From contig CAVRAA010000013.1 of assembly GCA_963718855.1 (NCBI GenBank), positions 230,074-294,073 of the forward strand: a DNA stretch of 64,000 nucleotides. The letters are read 5' to 3'. Each line of letters opens with the position of its first letter. Position 1 is the stretch's first letter. Below the pieces are notes generated by a model. That model saw nothing but the letters and a program-made list of their open reading frames with translations. It was not told the DNA's origin and did no database searches. The DNA is from an uncultured Nitrospiraceae bacterium. GTDB lineage: Bacteria; Nitrospirota; Thermodesulfovibrionia; Thermodesulfovibrionales; SM23-35. Shown one piece after another: positions 48,889 to 56,380 of the stretch. The translations under genes and the position numbers were made by a program.

Positions 48889-49382
48889 TTGTTCTTCAGA
48901 AAGGAGAGGATCAGGGAAATGTTCAGGAGCTCCGGGTTTTCAAAAGACTTTTTAACCGTGACTTTTTTGACTGTCAGCACCATGGGAGCATTTTTGATGC
49001 GGTAAAAAATATTTACCATTTCATTCATGGTGACCTTTTCGATATAAACATCAGCCTCTTCTTCAAATCCATCTTTGGTCTCCCGTTTCCCGGTCGACTT
49101 CACAGTCTTTACCCTGTCCTTTAATCCCACGGAAGAAAATACTTCTTCAACCGCCTGCGCGATCCCCTGTACATTGGATAATTCCTTCTTCGCTTCCACA
49201 GTGTTGACTTTCCGGCTGAGAAGCAAAAGGGCATCCTTGAGAACGATCATTTCATTCCTCTGCTCTTTCAGCTGCAGGAGGTGCTTGCGCTCATTCGCAA
49301 GGATCGTGAGTGCAACAGAGACCATAATAATAAATATGACAAGTCCCGCAATGCCGAGGATTATCTTCCTATCCTTCATCAT
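48885..49382 (-). CDS. gspM: type II secretion system protein M-like
   Basis: 165 aa bitopic protein (TM ILGIAGLVIFIIMVSVALTIL plus a coiled coil) between gspL and gspN. Confidence 0.55.
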   Translation of the reverse strand: MMKDRKIILGIAGLVIFIIMVSVALTILANERKHLLQLKEQRNEMIVLKDALLLLSRKVNTVEAKKELSNVQGIAQAVEEVFSSVGLKDRVKTVKSTGKRETKDGFEEEADVYIEKVTMNEMVNIFYRIKNAPMVLTVKKVTVKKSFENPELLNISLILSFLKNK

Positions 49383-49387
49383 CTCTC

Positions 49388-50452
49388 TTATCCTTTTTTC
49401 CCCTTTGCGGTGATGGTAAAAATCATGCTCCCGCGCGCGGAAGACTTTGAATCCACTATCGTGACATCGCCATAGATCGAATCCAGTTTCTGTTTGAACT
49501 GCTGGATGAGGCCCAATGAAGCCGCTTCCCCCTTCAGTGTAATCGCGTTTTTGTCTTCCATTATTTCATTGAAGACGACGCCCTCCCGTTCGAGCTGCGA
49601 GAGGTTCAACAGCAGCCCGAGTGCATCAATGCCTATGAAGACATCTTCTTTCTCCTGCAATTCCTTCAGGTGAGATTTCAACTGATACAGTTCATTAACG
49701 ATATTCTTCTCTCCCGGGAACAGCTCCATATATTGTTTCCGTATCTCATTCTTTATGGCTGCGCTTTCCTGACGAAGAGATACCATCTTTAACAGTACGT
49801 CTGCTGAAAAAACCACCGCAATGAATACCAGAAGCGCTGCTGTCACCCTTAATGATTTTCTTGTTCGCTCGATGTCACGGGTGTATGCGAAATCGCCTCT
49901 CCGCACATTGATAGTCGGTTTTTTTATTTCCTCACCTGCCAGGGCGATTCTCTCCTTCTCCTCAAACAGGACAGGAGTGAGAAGCTCCGGCAGCGTAAAA
50001 TCAGCAAGTTTTTTCCTCAGCTCAAGGCATGTTACATGTACCGGGTCGATGCCGTTGGAATGTAATGCATCGAGGACCTTCTTCAGGAGATTTTTTTCTA
50101 TATAGACCGCCAGAACCTGGACCGCGTTCCCGGATTTTCCTACGATGACATCGTCAAAAATCACCGCATTTGACCCGCCCAATATCACTCCGTCAAGTTC
50201 AAACGGCAGCGTCTCCCGGATCTTATCCTTGTCGGAAAAAGGCAGCTCGATAACCCTGAAATTAAACCATGCTGCAGGAAGACTTACGTATGCGCTTTCG
50301 ATCTGCCCCGTCTCCATCTCGAATGAAAAATCATGCTGGCCGGACATGGGGAAGCTCCTGGTTTCTTTCATCTCACAGATATTCCCTCTGACATGGAAAA
50401 TATACGCCGCGAGCTCTTTTTCTTTAAAATCGATAAAAAGGACCCTGCTCAT
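49388..50452 (-). CDS. gspL: type II secretion system protein L-like (actin-like cytoplasmic domain + TM + periplasmic domain)
   Basis: 354 aa with a central TM helix (VTAALLVFIAVVFSADVLL). Position after gspK. Confidence 0.6.
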   Translation of the reverse strand: MSRVLFIDFKEKELAAYIFHVRGNICEMKETRSFPMSGQHDFSFEMETGQIESAYVSLPAAWFNFRVIELPFSDKDKIRETLPFELDGVILGGSNAVIFDDVIVGKSGNAVQVLAVYIEKNLLKKVLDALHSNGIDPVHVTCLELRKKLADFTLPELLTPVLFEEKERIALAGEEIKKPTINVRRGDFAYTRDIERTRKSLRVTAALLVFIAVVFSADVLLKMVSLRQESAAIKNEIRKQYMELFPGEKNIVNELYQLKSHLKELQEKEDVFIGIDALGLLLNLSQLEREGVVFNEIMEDKNAITLKGEAASLGLIQQFKQKLDSIYGDVTIVDSKSSARGSMIFTITAKGKKG

Positions 50453-51357
50453 TAATATTCCTTCCAGTATTGGATATTCCTATTACGCGTATCGATAACC
50501 GTCTCGATGATCCTTTTCACACCTTCGGAGGAAGCTATAGATTTTATGGAAAACAGTGTGCCTTTAAATGTTATCGAAATTTGTGCGGATACCCTCCCGG
50601 TACCTATAATACTATCAAGTTCTCCTGCCGATTCAAAAGGCTTGCTCTTTCTATGATCAATTACCTGTTGAGCAAGTCTTTCATCAATTCCGTCTGCAAG
50701 ACACATAATGATCGGCTTCTTCGCACTGTTAATGTTGATAATAAGATGTTCTCTCTCTTTATCGACAGTTACATATGGCAGTAATGTATCATAATCCTTC
50801 CTGCTTATTCCATTCATGAGCAGCAGTTCATCAATACTGTGAAGAGCAGCGTTTTTTGCACCGGCTTCAGAATCGGGCAGCATCGCTTCGTTGTTCGGGT
50901 CTATCCAATCTACCACCCTATCCGCAACCTTCTTATCCAAAAAAAGGGAATCAAGCAATATTTGGAATGCATGATATACAGCGGTATTTAGATTCCCATT
51001 CGAAAAAACCAGAGAATTAATATTAAACTTGGAATTTTCATCCTCTATCCTTACTGTTATCGTTCCATTAAAATCTGTGAACGGATTTTCTACCGGCATT
51101 TCAATTTCGCTCTGAGTCTTATAATCCTCTATATTCGCAGCCTCTTTCATGACTCGGGCTATTACATTCACCCCGGATTGCGCCATGATCGAAAGCCGCT
51201 GTGAATCCCTCCAGTTGTAAAGGTTATTTGTCCCTGTATAGACACCATAGGAGAATTCAATTACCATTGCGGTAATCATGACCAAAGCCAATAAGGTTAC
51301 TATGAGAGCAATGCCTTGTTGATTATGTAACCGGCAAGACAAAACAGGACACGACAT
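50452..51357 (-). CDS. gspK: type II secretion minor pseudopilin GspK
   Basis: …QQGIALIVTLLALVMITAMVIEF… hydrophobic N-terminus lacking the Glu5-type motif. Large periplasmic domain with helix-hairpin-helix-like segments. The start is uncertain (ATG 51357 or 51498). Confidence 0.7.
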   Translation of the reverse strand: MSCPVLSCRLHNQQGIALIVTLLALVMITAMVIEFSYGVYTGTNNLYNWRDSQRLSIMAQSGVNVIARVMKEAANIEDYKTQSEIEMPVENPFTDFNGTITVRIEDENSKFNINSLVFSNGNLNTAVYHAFQILLDSLFLDKKVADRVVDWIDPNNEAMLPDSEAGAKNAALHSIDELLLMNGISRKDYDTLLPYVTVDKEREHLIININSAKKPIIMCLADGIDERLAQQVIDHRKSKPFESAGELDSIIGTGRVSAQISITFKGTLFSIKSIASSEGVKRIIETVIDTRNRNIQYWKEY

Positions 51358-51466
51358 TTGAGCGGATTTGAATACTTTCGAAGAAAGAATTCTCCTCGGA
51401 GGGGCCGACGAATGTCGGCCCCGAGAATGAGCGCAAATGTTGTGCCTTGTTTTCGTCCAAAGCACG

Positions 51467-52087
51467 TTAAATCTTCCTTCCGATCTTCGGGCTTGCAATG
51501 TCGGACAGAGTTACTGTTCTCCCCTTAATGGTAATCGCCAGACTAATCCTGATCTCCTCCGGCATATCCTTGTTAATGCCGGTATCCCATGTCTTCACCC
51601 AGGCATCGTTGAATTTCGCTTCGATGCCGAATGCCTCCATATCCTCAATGATATCCGCCTCTTCGGTTTCTTCCTTCCTGTACGGCGATTCGACCTTCTT
51701 GAAAAGAATCAATTTTCCTTCCTTATCTTCGATAAAATACGTGACCATCGAAACTCCGGGCCTTTGGGGAGAAAACGCAGTGAATTCAAGCCGCGTCGCC
51801 TGCTTTCCGTAAACGTCTCTGTCAACAATCCTGAAAAAAGTGTTTTGGTCACCGACAGCATAAAAAGTAGAATCAAGTTCCCGCTTGAGAATATCGAGCA
51901 CCCTTCTTGCTTCCTGCAATTTCACCATGGATTCGTCCATACCTTCAATGGCCTTATAACTTAAGAAAAAAGTGCTGTAGATCGCGGCGAGGAGAACCGA
52001 GAGTATTGCCACGGCAACAAGGATTTCTATGAGGGTGAAGCCGTGACTACACCGGCTTTGGTAACCGCAGGCTTTAGCCTGAGACAT
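51467..52087 (-). CDS. gspJ: type II secretion minor pseudopilin GspJ
   Basis: Prepilin-type N-terminus …SHG/FTLIEILVAVAILSVLLAAIYS. The leader MSQAKACGYQSRCSHG is encoded by repeat C copy 4. Confidence 0.75.
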   Translation of the reverse strand: MSQAKACGYQSRCSHGFTLIEILVAVAILSVLLAAIYSTFFLSYKAIEGMDESMVKLQEARRVLDILKRELDSTFYAVGDQNTFFRIVDRDVYGKQATRLEFTAFSPQRPGVSMVTYFIEDKEGKLILFKKVESPYRKEETEEADIIEDMEAFGIEAKFNDAWVKTWDTGINKDMPEEIRISLAITIKGRTVTLSDIASPKIGRKI

Positions 52088-52135
52088 TGAATGATCGCCA
52101 ATAAAAGAATTGCGCACACGAAAGTTTGCGGCTAC
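52061..52135. repeat. Repeat family C copy 4 (overlaps the gspJ 5' end)
   Basis: GTAACCGCAGGCTTTAGCCTGAG…GAAAGTTTGCGGCTAC. Confidence 0.8.
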
Positions 52136-52176
52136 AGTTATAAAAGGCTTCATATTAATGACAACATTATTTATAG

Positions 52177-52250
52177 AATCCCTCCTAACCTCCCTTTGCC
52201 AAAGGGAGGATTTATTCCCCTCTTTGGCAAAGAGGGGCAAGGGGAGATTT
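52177..52250. repeat. Repeat family B copy 3 (inverted orientation)
   Basis: Reverse complement aligns with 652-728 and 8986-9060. Confidence 0.85.
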
Positions 52251-52303
52251 TCTGATCTATGTAAATTCAATTTTAGACCCTTAATAATTTGACAAAGGCA
52301 TCC

Positions 52304-52720
52304 TTATTGAAAAACAAACTCATTCAGCCTTACCTCTTCTTTGCCTGCTGTAACCACAACGCCGATCTCGGATATCCCGGGATATGGCGATTCTTTGACA
52401 AAAGTCTCGTATGTGTATCGGTTATAGGGAACTTCGAATTCGCCTTTTTTGCTCTCCGGCTTCTTCTCCAGGTCGATCATTTTACCTTTGGCGAGAAGGG
52501 TTGCAACAGTAATTGTCTCCTGTCGTTCAACAAGCCCCAGATGGTAGTTGAGCGTATAAATCAGCGTAACAAGAAGCCCGCCCACCATCGCGAGGGCAAT
52601 CAGGACTTCAAGCAAGGTAAACCCTTTTTTAGAAAGGATGAAGGATGAAGGATGAAGGATGAAACAAAAATCCTTTTCTACTTCATCCTTCATCCTTCCT
52701 ACTTCATCCTTCTTATTCAT
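52304..52720 (-). CDS. gspI: type II secretion minor pseudopilin GspI
   Basis: …KKG/FTLLEVLIALAMVGGLLVTLIY prepilin motif. The unusually long leader is encoded by heptamer arrays. The start is ATG 52720 or 52693. Confidence 0.75.
   Translation of the reverse strand: MNKKDEVGRMKDEVEKDFCFILHPSSFILSKKGFTLLEVLIALAMVGGLLVTLIYTLNYHLGLVERQETITVATLLAKGKMIDLEKKPESKKGEFEVPYNRYTYETFVKESPYPGISEIGVVVTAGKEEVRLNEFVFQ
52635..52712. repeat. Repeat family D copy 2: inverted pair of GGATGAA heptamer arrays (52635-52663 versus 52681-52712)
   Basis: AGGATGAAGGATGAAGGATGAAGGATGAA … CTTCATCCTTCATCCTTCCTACTTCATCCTTC. Predicted long hairpin at the gspH/gspI junction. Confidence 0.9.
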
Positions 52721-53174
52721 CTTTAATTTTCACCTTTCCGCTTAGGTGGTACAAGGTGATCGTGAAGGTTTTTTCTCCTTTGCTCATCTTCACAGTGAGG
52801 TTTTCCCGGGTGCCGAGCGGCTCGAAAAAAAATATCAACTCGCCTTTTGACAATAGTCCTGATGACTGGGTTGCGACACTGGTCATATCATCAAATGTTC
52901 TTGTTTTCTCTCCCTCGGGTCCTTTCCACGAAACCTGGTTGGTATCCAGGTTAAAATTCATAAAAAACGTCTCTTTCCTCGCAGAAGCGCTGTCATAAAT
53001 ATACCGCAAAATTGAAGCCATTTCCCGGGATTCTGATTTGAGTTTATTTTCTCCGAACCCGCCGAAAGACGGCAGGACAACAGCCAAAACAAGCGAGACG
53101 ATAAAAAGGGCGACGATGAGTTCGAGAAGGGAAAAACCGTGACTACTGGATGTCCCAGTTCTTGATATCCGCAT
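52713..53174 (-). CDS. gspH: type II secretion minor pseudopilin GspH
   Basis: …SSSHG/FSLLELIVALFIVSLVLAVVLPSF prepilin motif. The start is uncertain (ATG 53174 or 53210) and overlaps the gspG 3' end. Confidence 0.75.
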   Translation of the reverse strand: MRISRTGTSSSHGFSLLELIVALFIVSLVLAVVLPSFGGFGENKLKSESREMASILRYIYDSASARKETFFMNFNLDTNQVSWKGPEGEKTRTFDDMTSVATQSSGLLSKGELIFFFEPLGTRENLTVKMSKGEKTFTITLYHLSGKVKIKDE

Positions 53175-53574
53175 CCTTGCCTTCCCCGCCTTCCCTGCCG
53201 TCCGCGCCATAGGAGATGATATCGAAATCTCCGTTCAATCCGGGAGATATGAAAATATAGGGATTGCTCCATGGGTCCGCCGGTATTCTCTTCTGTTCAA
53301 GATACCCGCCTTCCCGATATTTCTGGGGGATCTGGCCGGTCCCCGGCTGCTCCACGAGAGCTGAGAGTCCCTGTTCCGTAGAGGGATAAAACCCGTTATC
53401 GAGTTTAAACAGTTTGAGCGCGGTCTCAAAATTTTTTATCTGCACCTTTGCTTCGGCAATGCGCGCATCGTCCGTCCTTCCAATGATTTTGGGCGCGACA
53501 ATCGCTGCCAGCAGACTGAGGATGAAGACAACGACAATGATTTCGAGAAGGGTAAAACCTTTATTATTTTCCAT
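53143..53574 (-). CDS. gspG: type II secretion major pseudopilin GspG
   Basis: MENNKG/FTLLEIIVVVFILSLLAAIVAPK…, then …LDNGFYPSTEQGLSALV… and …DPWSNPY…SYGADG…, canonical for GspG. Confidence 0.92.
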   Translation of the reverse strand: MENNKGFTLLEIIVVVFILSLLAAIVAPKIIGRTDDARIAEAKVQIKNFETALKLFKLDNGFYPSTEQGLSALVEQPGTGQIPQKYREGGYLEQKRIPADPWSNPYIFISPGLNGDFDIISYGADGREGGEGKDADIKNWDIQ

Positions 53575-53620
53575 CGATTCCTCCTATATATCTATTATGC
53601 TCTTTCTATAAATTATACCG

Positions 53621-53694
53621 GGGTTCCAGGATTCAAGGGTTCCAGGGTTCGAGTGATATCACTGGAATCCTTGACCCCTTGAATCCTTGACCCC
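53621..53694. repeat. Repeat family E copy 2
   Basis: GGGTTCCAGGATTCAAGGGTTCCAGGGTTCGAGTG…CACTGGAATCCTTGACCCCTTGAATCCTTGACCCC, between gspF and gspG. Confidence 0.8.
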
Positions 53695-53700
53695 TATTCC

Positions 53701-54876
53701 TCACTTTATCAACTGGTTCAACTGGAATATCGGCAGAAGCACAGCAAGGACGATGAGTCCGACAATAAGTCCCATAACAAGAATCATGGTCGGCTCAAGA
53801 TACGAAAGCGCCTTCTGCACCCGTCGCGAAAACTCTTCTTCATACGAAGCCGCCGCCTTTTTCAGAATGGGGACCAACTGTCCGCTCCGCTCACCTGTTG
53901 CGATGAGCTGAAGCAGCACAGGAGGAAATCCTTCGAGGGAACTCGAAAGACGCGCTCCTTCTGCTACGCGTTTCCCCGCCTCATTCACCCTTCTCTCGAG
54001 CGCTTCATTCCCCATGGATTTGGCCCCGAGTTCAAGGGCTCTCAGCACGGGGAGCCCGCCTTCAAGCAAAAAACCCAATGTCCTTGCAAAACGTCCGAAA
54101 TAAAGGCTCTGGGGGATATTTCCCGGCAGCCGTAATATCAACCGGTCGATAAATAATCTGTTCTTCTCGCGCAGCCTTTTAAAGCCGAATACCGCTCCTG
54201 CAAGCACCCCTGTGATAAGCCACCAGTAATGCTGAACAATATCACTCGCCGCAATCAGAACGACCGTGATGAAAGGAAGAGCGCTCTGCGTATCCTTGAA
54301 AATCCTTGTTATCTTGGGGATGACGAAAGCGAATAAAAACGAAAGGACGACAAAACCAACGCAGACCATAAAAACAGGATAGATCATCGATGTCCTTACC
54401 TTTGATTTGAGGCTTGCCTGTGATTCGAGAAAATCCGCCATATTTCCGAGCACGTTGTCGAGATTTCCGCTTGCCTCTCCTGCCGCAACCATGTGCACAT
54501 AGAACTCCGGGAAAATGGTTTGGTATTCCTCGAATGCTTTCGAAAGGCTTGATCCCGAGGCGAGCTTTTCCTTAATGCTGACCAGCACATTCTTCCAGAA
54601 TCCTCTCTGTTCCTCTGCAATCGAAGTAATGGCATCCATCAGGGTCACCCCTGACGAAAGGAGGGTAGACAGCTGCCTCGTTATCGACGGGAGGAGTGAG
54701 ACGTCAGGTCTCTGGGATATGGCGAACCGTCTTTGATAGACAGCTCCCTGCACATTTTTCGGGTAGAGTCCGGATTCCCTGAGACGTACTGCAGCATCCT
54801 TTGCGCTGTTCGCCTCTATGGTCCCTGTTGCCTGAGAGCCGTCGGTTTTATAGCCCTTATACTGAAATATCGGCAT
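53701..54876 (-). CDS. gspF: type II secretion inner-membrane platform protein GspF
   Basis: 391 aa. Duplicated GspF domains, three TM segments, and the ending …LPIFQLNQLI. Confidence 0.92.
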   Translation of the reverse strand: MPIFQYKGYKTDGSQATGTIEANSAKDAAVRLRESGLYPKNVQGAVYQRRFAISQRPDVSLLPSITRQLSTLLSSGVTLMDAITSIAEEQRGFWKNVLVSIKEKLASGSSLSKAFEEYQTIFPEFYVHMVAAGEASGNLDNVLGNMADFLESQASLKSKVRTSMIYPVFMVCVGFVVLSFLFAFVIPKITRIFKDTQSALPFITVVLIAASDIVQHYWWLITGVLAGAVFGFKRLREKNRLFIDRLILRLPGNIPQSLYFGRFARTLGFLLEGGLPVLRALELGAKSMGNEALERRVNEAGKRVAEGARLSSSLEGFPPVLLQLIATGERSGQLVPILKKAAASYEEEFSRRVQKALSYLEPTMILVMGLIVGLIVLAVLLPIFQLNQLIK

Positions 54877-56377
54877 AGTCTTTCTGCGTTACCCTGAGGA
54901 CCTCTTCAAGGGTGGTGATCCCACCCACGACTTTCCCGATGCCGTCCTGACGAAGGGTCTTCATCCCTTTTGAAATTGCGTAATTTTTTATGCTCTGTGA
55001 ATCGATTTTGTCGGTGATCATGGGACGTATTTCATTATCGATAACAAGGAACTCAAAAATTCCCGTCCTCCCCAGGTATCCCCTGTTCTTGCATTTATCG
55101 CATCCTGTGCCGCGATACAAAACGTCGGGGATACTACTGAAATAGGACATTTCAAGTTCAGACGGCTTATACGAAACCTTGCAGTGAGGACAGATCGTCC
55201 TTACGAGTCTCTGCGCAACAACTACGGTCAATGATGATGCAACAAGGAATGGTTCGATTCCCATGTCGATGAGGCGCACGAGCGCGCTTGGTGCATCGTT
55301 GGTATGAAGAGTACTGAGAACGAGGTGGCCGGTAAGGGATGCCTGCATCGCTATTTCAGCTGTTTCAAGGTCTCTTATCTCGCCGACCATAATGACATCC
55401 GGGTCCTGCCTGAGAATCGACCTGAGTCCTGTGGCAAAGGTAAGCCCTATTTTCGGACTCACCTGTATCTGACCGATTCCTTTCAGCTCATATTCAATGG
55501 GGTCTTCAACGGTTATGATATTTTTTTCTACGGTATGGATTCTGTTGAGTGCTGCATAGAGGGTCGTCGTCTTGCCGCTCCCGGTCGGGCCTGTGACAAG
55601 GATGATGCCGTCAGGCTTCTGAAGATATTCTTCGAGTTTCCGGGCGTCCTCCCTGTCGAATCCCACCTCCCACATACCCAGCAGCCCCTGCTTCCTGTCC
55701 AGGAGTCTCAGCACGGCTCTCTCTCCATGTGATGTCGGGATGACCGAGACCCTGATGTCTATGTCCCTGCCGCCGAGCAGGAGTCGTATTCTGCCGTCCT
55801 GAGGCAGCCGCTTTTCGGCGATATCCAGGTTCGACATAATTTTTATCCGGCTTATCAGGGCGTCCTGAATAATCTTGGGAGGCGTCAGAACTCTATGAAG
55901 GACCCCGTCTATGCGCAGTCTCACATCGAGTTCCTTTTCATATGGTTCGATGTGGATATCGCTCGCCCTTTCTTTGACTGCCTGAAGGAGCAGGGCGTTG
56001 AGGAGCCTGATGATCGGGGCATCTTCCGTCAGTTCGAGGAGGTCTTTCGGCGCCTCGAATTCCGTTGCGACAGTCGAGAGATCTTCTCCGCTGATGGTAT
56101 CCATCACCTCTTCGGCAGATCCCATCTGTCCGTAGAACCGGTTGATCGCGTCGAGGATAACACCCGGGGTTGCCCTTACTGCGTGGGGCTTCAGCCCGAG
56201 CATCTTCGAGGCTTCAGAAAGTGCAAGCAGACCCCTTTCATCTGCAACAGCGCCGATCAGCTCGGAATCACTTTTCCTGATAGGAAAGATCTGATTTCCT
56301 TTTACAAAAGGAAGGGGGATGTTCTTGAGGAGTGAGATATCGACATCTTCATCTTTTATAACGTCAATAACGTCCAT
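54857..56377 (-). CDS. gspE: type II secretion ATPase GspE
   Basis: 506 aa. Walker A GPTGSGKTTT, Asp and His boxes, a tetra-Cys zinc motif (CPHCK…CDKCK) and an N1E-type N-terminal domain. Confidence 0.95.
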   Translation of the reverse strand: MDVIDVIKDEDVDISLLKNIPLPFVKGNQIFPIRKSDSELIGAVADERGLLALSEASKMLGLKPHAVRATPGVILDAINRFYGQMGSAEEVMDTISGEDLSTVATEFEAPKDLLELTEDAPIIRLLNALLLQAVKERASDIHIEPYEKELDVRLRIDGVLHRVLTPPKIIQDALISRIKIMSNLDIAEKRLPQDGRIRLLLGGRDIDIRVSVIPTSHGERAVLRLLDRKQGLLGMWEVGFDREDARKLEEYLQKPDGIILVTGPTGSGKTTTLYAALNRIHTVEKNIITVEDPIEYELKGIGQIQVSPKIGLTFATGLRSILRQDPDVIMVGEIRDLETAEIAMQASLTGHLVLSTLHTNDAPSALVRLIDMGIEPFLVASSLTVVVAQRLVRTICPHCKVSYKPSELEMSYFSSIPDVLYRGTGCDKCKNRGYLGRTGIFEFLVIDNEIRPMITDKIDSQSIKNYAISKGMKTLRQDGIGKVVGGITTLEEVLRVTQKDYADISV

Positions 56378-56380
56378 TCT

